Of a DNA stretch of 64,000 nt, positions 56,301-64,000 are shown piece after piece. Below the pieces are notes generated by a model, which was not told the DNA's origin, searched no databases, and saw only the letters and a list, made by a program, of their open reading frames with translations. Source of the stretch: Mustelus asterias (lineage: Eukaryota); assembly GCF_964213995.1 (NCBI RefSeq), contig NC_135825.1, positions 12,648,001 through 12,712,000 of the forward strand, written 5' to 3'. Made by a program: the position numbers and the translations under genes. Numbering within the stretch: position 1 is the first letter of the stretch; each line of letters begins with the position of its first letter.

Positions 56301-59300
56301 CCATCAATCTCTACTTTAAACATGCACACTGACTGAGCTTCCACAGCCCTCTGGGACAGAGAATTCCAAAAATTCACTACACCCCGTGCAAAGAAATTTC
56401 TCCTCATCTCCTTATCTAAGTGGCATTGCTCCTTATTTTCAACTTGTGCCACCTTGGTCCCAGAATTCCCAACCAAGGGAAACATCTCACTAGCATCTAC
56501 CCTATCTGTTCCTTTAAGTATTTTGCATCTTTCAATGAGATCACCTCTCATTCTTTGAAAGTCTAGAGAATACATGCCTAGGCTGCCCAATCTCTCTTCA
56601 TAAGACCGTCCCACCATCCTGGGAACAAGTCTGGTGAACCTTCATTGCACTACCTCTATGGCAATAATACCCTTTCTGAGGTATGTGGACCAAAACTGCC
56701 CACAATGCTCCAGTGCAGTCTAACCAAGCTTCTATACAATTGAAACAACTCCTGTACTCTAATCCCCTTGCGACAAAGGCAAACACTCCATTAGCCTTTC
56801 TAGTAGCTTGCTGCGAGGGAGATGATGGTATAGTGGTGTTGTCGCTGGACTAGTAATCCAGAGACCCAGAGTAATTCTCTGGGGAACTGGGTACGAATCC
56901 CACCACAGCAGATGGTGGAATTTGAATTCAATAAAAGAAATCTGGAATTAAAAGTCTAATGATGATCATGAAACCATTGTTGATTGCTGGAAAAACCCAT
57001 CTGGTTTACTAATGACTTTTAGGGAAGAAAACCTTCATGCTAGCCTTCAGTGACTTATAGACAAGAAGGGTGTCATGTTGAAATTCAGGTTATTGCACTG
57101 ATTGGCTAGATTGACTGCAAAGGACTGTGTAGTAGAAACAATACTCTTTTCAGCTGCTTGCAATGTGGCAGTAAACAGAAACAGACACATATCACAGCCA
57201 GCAATAACTGGTGCAAAAAAAACTTCCCGGACCTGAGCTGTGGGTGAATAGTAAGGTGATTTGATAATGCTGCAACATTTAATCTTGCCAAAGTATGAAA
57301 ACATTGGAATCCAATAACAATGTGGGGTGGAAATTGATCGAATTTCAGATCAACCCACGTGATCGCTACAATAGTTCCGACACACCTTGCCGTTTGATCA
57401 GAAAATGATTTACACAATTACCAACAAACTCCAAAGATGTGCAGGTTAGGTTGATTGGTCATGCTTAATTGCCCCTTAGTGTCAGGGTAAATACGTGGAT
57501 GTAATAACTCCACAGAAGCAAAAGTCCCATCACTAAGTTACTTTATTTACATTATACATCTGTACACAGCCAGCTCTGAATGCAGGCTGGGAGTCTGACA
57601 CACCTGCTTTAAATAGGGAGCATGAGGCTCCCTGATTTAACCATCAATTAGGACTCATCAGGTAGTTCATACTCCAGCAAGCCCACCTCAGTAGCCTGGC
57701 TGAAGTCATCACAGTGGGTTTAAGGGGCCTAGGTGGGATTGTTGTCGGTGTTGGCTCGATGGATTGAAGGGCCTCCTCCTGCACTGTAGGGATTCTATGA
57801 TTCAAACAAGATTGCCCCACTAGATTTCAGCTAATGGCGCATTGATGTCTTTGCTTTTTTTTATTCATTCGTGGGACATGGGCGTCGCTGGCTGGCCAGC
57901 ATTTATTGCCCATCCCGAGTTGCCCTTGGAGGGAAGCTGCGAGTCAACCACATTGCAGTGGGTCTGGGGTCACATGTAGGCCAGACCAGGTAAGGACGGC
58001 AGATTTCCTTCCCTGAAGGACATTAATGACCCAACAATCGCCAATGGCTTCATCAGTAGATTCTTAATTCCAGGTATTTTTTTATTGAATTCAAATTCCA
58101 CCATCCGCCGTGGCGGGATTCGAACCCGGGTCCCCAGAACATTAGCTGAGCTTCTGGGTTAATAGTCTAGTGATAATACCACTAGGCCATCGCCTCCCTT
58201 TATTTGGTAGGAGGAGTGGGGGGGGCGGGTGCAGAAGACCAAACCAGGGTCTTAAAAAAGTATTGAAGGCACTTGATAGCTTGCGGGAAAAGTCAGGCTA
58301 TCAAAAAAATGATCGGTATCCAACAAACTAATTCTCCTCATAGTGGTTCCTTGCAGTCAGGTCTGTAGAGGAAAAATGATCAATAGGGGAACAATCATCT
58401 TTGAAATGAAAAGCATGGCGTTCCTCGCAGGTTAGACTACATGCAACAGAATATTTTGGAAAATTTGCAGCTGAATACCTGACGCATCGCTGTTATTCTT
58501 ATTGCTTTTACAGCTCTCGCAACAACAACATTGCCCAAAGAACCTCAGAAAACAATCAGCTGGGAAAGTGAAAGGTAACTTTGTGACTCAATCTATTTAA
58601 TTAAATTAACATCCTTTCAAGGACTTCAGAACAGAGGCCCTGCTATTCTTGCGTGTTCTAACGTGAACGTAGCAGCCTATATCACTGCTCATTCAGGACT
58701 TGCCCCGAGCCACACGGATCGGAATGTAGCTGCCAGCCCAGTTGGTTGCTGGCTGTTTTTAGGCAGGAGTGAGGAGGGGTAGGGGAGAGGGGCATTGCTT
58801 GTTCTGTGTCTTCCTTGGCAAATGCCTCTAGGTCAGAATTCTGACACCGCGGAAGAATATTGGAAACTGGGTTCAGTCAGCAGTCACTTTGATTTGATTT
58901 GATTTGAATTGATTTATTATTGTCACATGTATTAACATACAGTGAAAAGTATTGTTTCTTGCACGCTATGCAGACAAAGCATACCGTTCATAGAGAAGGA
59001 AACGAGAGAGTGCAGAATGTAGTGTTACAGTCATAGCTAGGGTGTAGAGAAAGATCAACTTAATGCAAGGTAAGTCCATTCAAAAGTCTGACGGCAGCAG
59101 GGAAGAAGCTGTTCTTGAGTCGATTGGTACGTGACCTCATATTTTTGTATCTTTTTCCCGACAGAAGAAGGTTGAAGAGAGAATGTCCGGGGTGCATGGT
59201 GTCTTTAATTATGATGGCTGCTTTGCCGAGGCAGCGGGAAGTGTAGACAGAGTCAATGGGTGGGAGGCTGGTTTGGGTGATGGACTGAGTGTTTAAGAAT

Positions 59301-62300
59301 GTTTTCTCATTACCGTGACTCATGCTGCCAGATATTCTTTTATCGTTTTCCTTCCTGAAGTTGCTGACTCATTGCTGAGAAGTGAATTCCAATTGTGTCA
59401 TTGTTCACTCATGAGCCTTGACATCATTATCCATCTGTTTGATCCCAAATTCTGTCACAGCCAAACTGAAATCTGCCCTCACTTGATGTTTGTACTTGCA
59501 GAGATCCAATAAAGTGTCCCGGCTGGCAAGATATTTTTCCCATCTCCTGAACCCGAGAAAATGAAAGTTGGGGCAGGAGACTATGGTGTGACGGTATTGT
59601 CATTGGGCTAGTAATCCAAAAACCCAGGCTAGTGCTCAGGGGGCATGGGTTCGAATCCCACCAGGGCAGCTGGTGCCATTTCAATTCAATTAATAAAAAA
59701 GTTGAGATTTGAGAGCTAGCTTCCATGATGGTGACTATGAAAGTATCAGAAAAACCTATCCTGTTCACCAATGTCCTTCAGGGAAGGAAATCTGCCATCC
59801 TTACCCGGTCTGGCCTACATGTGACTCCAGATCCTCAACAATGTGCTTGACTCTTGACCGCCCTCTGAAATGGCCTGGTAAGCCACTCAGCTCAAGGGCA
59901 ATTAGGGATGGACAACAAATGCTGGCCTTCTAATTGATGGCCACATCCCATGAAGGAATAACTAAACAAATAATTATTCTGCCATTTCAACAAAGATTAT
60001 ATATCTCAGCACATGCCCAGAATCTCCCTGAGCTATGTTGCAGAATCTCCCTGAGCCATGTTGCTTAACCCACCTGCCTGATGAACAATAGAGGAGGACA
60101 GGAATTATTTTCCATTGCTGACCGCTTCTGGTCAGTTGGCTCTGAAGTAAAGAAAATTAGATGTTAAAGCTACTGCTTCTGTTGATCTTTGAACGATCGG
60201 ACTAATTCAATGTGGCAGGTACAGATCAGAATTCTTCCACCCCACCCGCCACTGAAATTGTAATGGACGGGTTGCGGACAATGTGAAGGCCCGCTGGCAG
60301 TCGAGTGGGAATTTCCGGCTCTTAGACCAGCACGGTCGGAGAATTCCGCCCACGGTCTTTAATACAATGAGCAGAATAACACTAGGATGACAGAGGGATA
60401 ACAGAGATTTTATAATTCTATAATTTGGCTTGGATATGACGCTTTAACGCTCCAAGTTTGTTCAGTGATTTGGTGTCTAGAATTGCATAATGTAAATTGG
60501 TAGAACACCCATCTGGTATTTACTGTGAAATGTTCTGTGGTTTTCCGATGACTGTTCCTTTTGCTGACTTCCGCTAAATCAAGGTTAAAACAGAAATATT
60601 TTCAGAGCATTGTATGGAAAGGGACACAATTTTGCAGATGTGGGTTTTCCTTTGCATTTCTCAGTTATTCCAAAAGCTCAGAAGGGAACCTGACGTTACA
60701 GAGAGTTGGGGCTGAATGTCGGAGGTTGGTGCTAGGCAGGTATTTTCACGCGGTGGCCATACAATAAGGAACAGAAGCCCGCCCCCAAGAGTTGCTAGAC
60801 CAATCGGAGGCTCAGCAGCATCAGCAACATGTTCTGAGGCAGTCACTACATGAAGAGCCTCGATACCCAGGCACCCTCAAAGAGGGACAGGTGGCATTGA
60901 ACAAAGCCAGGGCCTGGCGGGGGTTGGGGGGGGTGTAGTGGACATGGAGAACCACAAAACCAGCAGGAATATAAACATAACACGGTGGCACAGTGGCTAG
61001 CACTGCTGTCTCACAACACCAGGGACTCAGGTTCAATTCCGGCTGCCGGAAGTTAGCTTAATATTGCTTTTTAGTTATTGGTTCAGGAGCCAAATCTATT
61101 TCAATGTCTCTTTCCACGATCAATCCAAATCACAAATTCTTGCAACTGCACCAATCGCCCTCTAACTATGGGTCAATCACTCATGAAGGTTCATTCACAC
61201 TATTTAAAATTAACCAGCTGATCTCTATCCAGGAACTTGCTTGTGGATATTAATTGAGGAAGCGATTAGAGTTATCTGTGATTCTTTTTTGTTGATGGTC
61301 ACTATCAAGGGTGAGTGGATCAGGAATATTGGCCAGGGACCAACTATATGGTCTCAGTCAGAAATCCGGGCAGATATTTTTAAATTCATTCATGGGATGT
61401 GGGCGTCGCTGGCTGGGCCAGCATTTGTTGGCCATCCCTAATTGCCCTTGAACTGAGTGGCTTGATAGGCCGCTTCAGAAGGGCATTTAAGAGTCAACCA
61501 CATTGCTGTGGTTCTGCAGTCACATGTGGGCCAGGCCAGATAAGATGACCGATTTTTTTCCCGAAAGGACACTGAAGAAAACCAGATGGGTTTTTTCAAC
61601 AATCGACAATAGTCAGCAATAGACTTATGCACTGGGGCGGGGAGGGAGGGCGGGGCGGGGGGGGGGGGGGGGGGGGGGGGGTGAGCGGGGGGGCGGTGGG
61701 GGGGGAGTCGGGGGGGGCGTGAGTTGGGGGGGGTGGTGGTTGGCAGCAGAACATGAAAAGGTCCGTTGACCTCAGGCAGGATTTTCTAGTTTCGGGGCGA
61801 GCGCAGCCAGAACACCCCGTCCATAATTTCAGATGTTTATGGAGTTCAAATTTCACCATTTGCCATGGTGGGATTCAAAAGCAGGTCCCCAGTGTCAATA
61901 CCACTGCACCACCACCACCTCCCCATGAATCATAGGGTCCCTGCCAACAGTAGAACCTTCCGGTTCTGCCTAAGGCAATGGACGTTTCAGCGGCTTGGAC
62001 ATCTTGCTGTCTTGCCTCTGCTGCAACAAGGCTGTAAGATCCTACCCCCTGTTCCTGTGGAGTTGCACCCTGCAAATATCAGTACTTTCAGCTGTATAAA
62101 AGGGGGAAAGAAATTGGGAAATTGAAGAAGAGTCACCGGAGAATGAAAATTACTTTCAATTTAGAGAAATTAACTTCCTTCTCTTTGTCTTCACAGCACC
62201 TCAAATGTTTTCATCGCACTGGTGGTCCCTGTGCTCGGAGCATTATTTGTAGTGATCCTTATTACTAGTATTCTTGTTGCAAGATGCAGAAAGAAATCTG

Positions 62301-62306
62301 CGGCTG
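41343..62306 (+). CDS. Gene 2: two-Ig-V pIgR-like/CD300-like type I receptor, 3'-partial. Join 41343-41391,50964-51284,52886-53209,58514-58574,62197-62306. Cytoplasmic exons probably lie beyond the window
   Basis: GT-AG introns with phases 1,1,1,2,1 and an open frame of 288 codons: leader, D1, D2, Thr/Ser-rich stalk, uncharged TM followed by RCRKK. Confidence 0.85.
41980..42320 (+). mobile_element. Second tRNA-derived SINE family (other copies at 4480-4720, 54295-54470, 55290-55715, 56820-57030, 57855-58200, 59580-59960, 61375-61920)
   Basis: tRNA-like head gtggtattgtcactggactag...ggttcaaatcccac, body gaattcaat...aaaacccatctggttcact...agggaaggaa, tail gatgcccacatcccatgaa. Confidence 0.7.
43463..43596 (-). 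mobile_element. Short Penelope pseudo-LTR copy inserted in CR1, with clustered T>C (sense A>G) changes
   Basis: 12-bp TSD CCTACCGGCAAG (43451-43462 / 43597-43608), homologous to the 28447 and 51384 copies. Confidence 0.8.
44535..45232 (-). mobile_element. Rex1/Babar-like LINE 3' fragment inserted in a V-SINE
   Basis: Homologous to 3050-3736, (GATTT)n tail, SINE resumes at about 45235. Confidence 0.85.
45836..46176 (-). mobile_element. HE1-type V-SINE
   Basis: Head, core and tail. Confidence 0.85.
46860..47657 (-). mobile_element. CR1-like LINE 3' fragment
   Basis: ORF 46897-47526 with CR1 ORF2 C-terminal motifs. Confidence 0.88.
48630..49000 (-). mobile_element. CR1-like LINE 3' fragment
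   Basis: ORF 48714-49007 and (tcttatgg)n tail. Confidence 0.85.
49065..49371 (+). mobile_element. Solo LTR (family LTR-A), 307 bp
   Basis: TGTGG...CATCA termini, 5-bp TSD CAGGA (49060-49064 / 49372-49376), TATAAA and AATAAA, homologous to 40317-40647. Confidence 0.85.
50385..50850 (+). mobile_element. CR1-like LINE 3' fragment ending about 110 bp before the D1 exon
   Basis: Homologous to 35380-35845. Confidence 0.85.
50964..51284 (+). CDS. Gene 2 exon 2, Ig V domain D1
   Basis: Acceptor ttttccactctaacag|, donor GAAG|gtaagc, 321 nt. GPVEVNGKLGGSITVNCKYNIPVNRNSEKYWCRGGRRFSC...EDIGWYWCGI. Confidence 0.95.
51384..52062 (-). mobile_element. Penelope-like element 3' fragment with an inverted pseudo-LTR (fold-back structure)
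   Basis: - strand encodes QRRVAEQKLIAKFRTHEDGLNRDLGFMSHYL*, the C-terminus of a GIY-YIG endonuclease. 51845-52061 is an inverted copy of 51413-51630. Flanking duplication ATAGAATAGAA. Confidence 0.85.
51970..52004 (+). ncRNA. Minimal hammerhead ribozyme motif, degenerate (CUGACAA)
   Basis: uac CUGACAA a ggggc agc gcucc GAAA gc UA gug, with G8 of the core mutated. Confidence 0.4.
52235..52642 (-). mobile_element. CR1-like LINE 3' fragment
   Basis: RGNLIEVCKIMRGMDRVD on -, (ttctttg)n tail. Confidence 0.8.
52886..53209 (+). CDS. Gene 2 exon 3, Ig V domain D2
   Basis: Acceptor cctttattcttgcag|, donor GAAC|gtaaga, 324 nt. CQY...EKYLCKGSERKSC...EDAGLYWCGI. Confidence 0.93.
53350..53727 (+). mobile_element. 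CR1-like LINE 3' fragment
   Basis: DVIEVYKIVKGIDRV...FFTQRVVGAWNALP and ttctttg tail. Confidence 0.82.
53978..54294 (-). mobile_element. HE1-type V-SINE
   Basis: Head, partial core and tail. Confidence 0.82.
54679..55030 (-). mobile_element. HE1-type V-SINE, young subfamily
   Basis: Full length, near-identical to 39670-40018. Confidence 0.9.
56160..56815 (-). mobile_element. Older CR1-like LINE 3' fragment
   Basis: ORFs 56225-56617 and 56598-56786 carry degenerate CR1 motifs. Confidence 0.75.
57500..57713 (-). mobile_element. Short solo LTR (family LTR-B) inserted in a V-SINE
   Basis: TGTAATAACT...AGTCATCACA imperfect inverted termini, near-TSD GTGGA/GTGGG, SINE sequence resumes on both sides. 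Confidence 0.65.
58514..58574 (+). CDS. Gene 2 exon 4, stalk (PLATTTLPKEPQKTISWESE)
   Basis: Acceptor ttcttattgcttttacag|, donor AAAG|gtaact, 61 nt, phase 1-2, Thr/Ser/Pro-rich. Confidence 0.75.
58888..59290 (-). mobile_element. Rex1/Babar-like LINE 3' fragment
   Basis: TSLPPIDSVYTSRC...RLKNSFFP and (GATTT)n tail. Confidence 0.85.
62197..62306 (+). CDS. Gene 2 exon 5, transmembrane (STSNVFIALVVPVLGALFVVILITSILVARCRKKSAA)
   Basis: Strong acceptor ttccttctctttgtcttcacag|, donor GCTG|gtaagt, 110 nt, phase 2-1. Confidence 0.88.
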
Positions 62307-62461
62307 GTAAGTTACAGAATTTCAAAAATTCCAATTCCAAATTAAAAGGAAATCCTCTCTCTTTCCAACTGGACAAAGTCAAGAGTGAAGCAGGAAATTT
62401 CCCCCAGAGCACCTTCTGCTAAATTGTCCGCAATTGCCTCCAGAGAGGCAGTAATGGGGTT

Positions 62462-62712
62462 TGTGATAACCCCCCAGGGACTTGCATGGGGACATCACTG
62501 ATTGACCTCCCTATAGGACTTGTTGAATCCATGGTGATTGGCAATTACCTTACCAGGTGGAGTTCGTATGCAGAGCCCCTTATAAAGCAGGCCCCTGAGT
62601 GGGTCCATTAATGTGGACCTGTTTGTGTTCATCACAGGCTTGTGGTTGTGCTTTCCTTTGTTTTGTGCAATAAAGCACTGTTCCTTTACAGCTGACTCCT
62701 GGAGATTTTATA
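62462..62712 (+). mobile_element. Short solo LTR (family LTR-C)
   Basis: TGTGATAA start, 5-bp TSD GGGTT (62457-62461 / 62713-62717), TATAAA at 62581 and AATAAA near 62669. Confidence 0.65.
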
Positions 62713-63089
62713 GGGTTACTGCAGATTATGGTATCACGACAACTCCAAGGAACTTCACAGCCTGAGTCACAGTTACAAATTTCACCTGGGCAAAAGCAGT
62801 ATCTCGCAGGTTAGAGTACAAGGGTCTCCCCTTCAGCCATAGCAGAGTGTAAAATAGACTCCACACAGCCAGTAGCTAGTCACAGGCTCCTGAGAAGCCT
62901 AAATAGCGTCAATCAACAGCCACAAGAGACAGGGCCAATGCGAGATGCAAAGAAAGAGAGAATACTTGTATTTATACAACACCATTCACCTCAGAACATT
63001 CCACAGGGCTTTGCAGCAAATCAAGTACTTTTTTAATGTTGCAAATGTAGAAGATGCAACAAGCTCCCACAAACCAGCTTGTCTACTAA

Positions 63090-63587
63090 AAGGACGTGGA
63101 GGCTTTGGAGAGAGTGCAGAAAAGGTTTACCAGGATGTGGCCTGGTATGGAGCATATTAGGTATGAGGAGAGTTTGAATAAACAGGGATTGTTCTCCCTG
63201 GAAAGACGGAGGCTGAGGGGCGACCTGAGAGAAGTTTATAAAATTATGAGAGGTATCGATGGGGTGAACAGTTGGAAGCTTTTTCCCAGGGCAGAAATGA
63301 CAATTACAAGGGGGCACAATTCAAGGTAACGGGGGAAAGGTTCAGTGGAGATGTGCGGGGGAAGTTTTTTACACAGAGGGTGGTGGGAGCCTGGAATGCA
63401 CTGCCAAGTGAGGTGGTTGAGGTAGACACGTTAGCGACATTTAAGACTTATCTGGATAGACACATGAACAGATGGGGAATAGAGGGATATAAGCGTTTGG
63501 TTTAGATAGGTAAACATGATCGGCGCAGACTTGGAGGTCCGAATGACCTGTTCCTGTGCTGTGCTGTTCTTTATTCTTTGTTCTTTT
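63090..63587 (+). mobile_element. CR1-like LINE 3' fragment
   Basis: ALERVQKRFTRM...FFTQRVVGAWNALP. Confidence 0.85.
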
Positions 63588-63589
63588 TT

Positions 63590-63872
63590 ATTTTAGTGGT
63601 ATTGGTTGAGGGATAAATATTAGTCAGGACACTGGGAAATATTCCCTTTCTCACCCTTGATATGGGAGCACAGAACCTTCAACATTCGCCTAAAGCAGAC
63701 GGAGGCCTCAGTTTACCATCTTATCCAAAAGGCGGATTCCCAAACGGTGCTTCACTGTCTCAGTGACGCACTGGAGTGTCAGGCTGGATCTTTGTGTTTG
63801 AGTCTATGCAGAAGGACTTGAAGCCACAACCCACTGACTCAGAGTGTTACCAACTGAGGCACAGCTGACACC
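63590..63872 (-). mobile_element. Old SINE of SacSINE1/DeuSINE-like type (remnants also at 5300-5570, 37250-37600, 37960-38080)
   Basis: Antisense ctcagt...cactggagtgtcag...cttgaa.ccacaacc..ctgactcagag head. Family name from recollection only. Confidence 0.45.
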
Positions 63873-64000
63873 TGCAGGAATCTCTAGGGCGGCAGTAGCC
63901 AAGCCGAACAATGACTCAGAATATGCTTTGGCCCTGCAGATTTAAATGAAGCCATAGAAAGAGAACAATATACAATGCAGTGCACACAAGTAGTAAGTGT

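Noticed and set aside
41392-58513. Additional Ig exons in gene 2 that would give a 4-5 domain tetrapod-like pIgR
   Set aside because: I found no other C...WC...YWC pattern in the ORF track or by eye. Only two V exons are supported.
3742-61036. Dozens of 60-140 aa ORFs such as MVAQWLALLPHS..., VSAWVSSGCSGFLPQSKD and CGRKPEHPEETHADTGR
   Set aside because: They are translations of HE1-type V-SINE copies in various frames, not genes.
62197-62306. Gene 2 as an activating DAP12/FcR-gamma-coupled partner
   Set aside because: The TM has no charged residue, and the tail lies outside the window, so signalling type cannot be assigned.

Overview
This is repeat-dense vertebrate genomic DNA, almost certainly from a shark. 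It carries roughly 35 HE1-type V-SINEs, many CR1/HER1-like and Rex1/Babar-like LINE fragments, Penelope-like elements (PLEs), short solo LTRs and Harbinger-like MITEs. Most ORFs in the six-frame track come from these repeats. Between the repeats I reconstructed two tandem + strand genes of the CD300/pIgR-like Ig-V receptor family, using GT-AG boundaries and matching intron phases. Gene 1 is complete (exons 6078-6117, 13716-14051, 14504-14540, 19581-19681, 26822-26877, 28783-28974; 253 aa). It encodes a signal peptide, one 4-Cys V domain, a short stalk, an uncharged TM and a tail with ITIM, YxN and ITSM tyrosines. Gene 2 is 3'-incomplete (exons 41343-41391, 50964-51284, 52886-53209, 58514-58574, 62197-62306). 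It has two V domains, and the first carries a VNRNSEKYWC loop resembling the polymeric-Ig-binding CDR1 of mammalian pIgR and Fc-alpha/mu receptor. Other notable observations: a PLE copy with an apparent fossil ADAR A-to-G hyper-editing signature, minimal hammerhead-ribozyme motifs in at least three PLE families, and a 1.1-kb tandem duplication apparently produced by SINE-SINE unequal crossover. All calls were made by eye and no database searches were run. Repeat boundaries are approximate unless a TSD is quoted.
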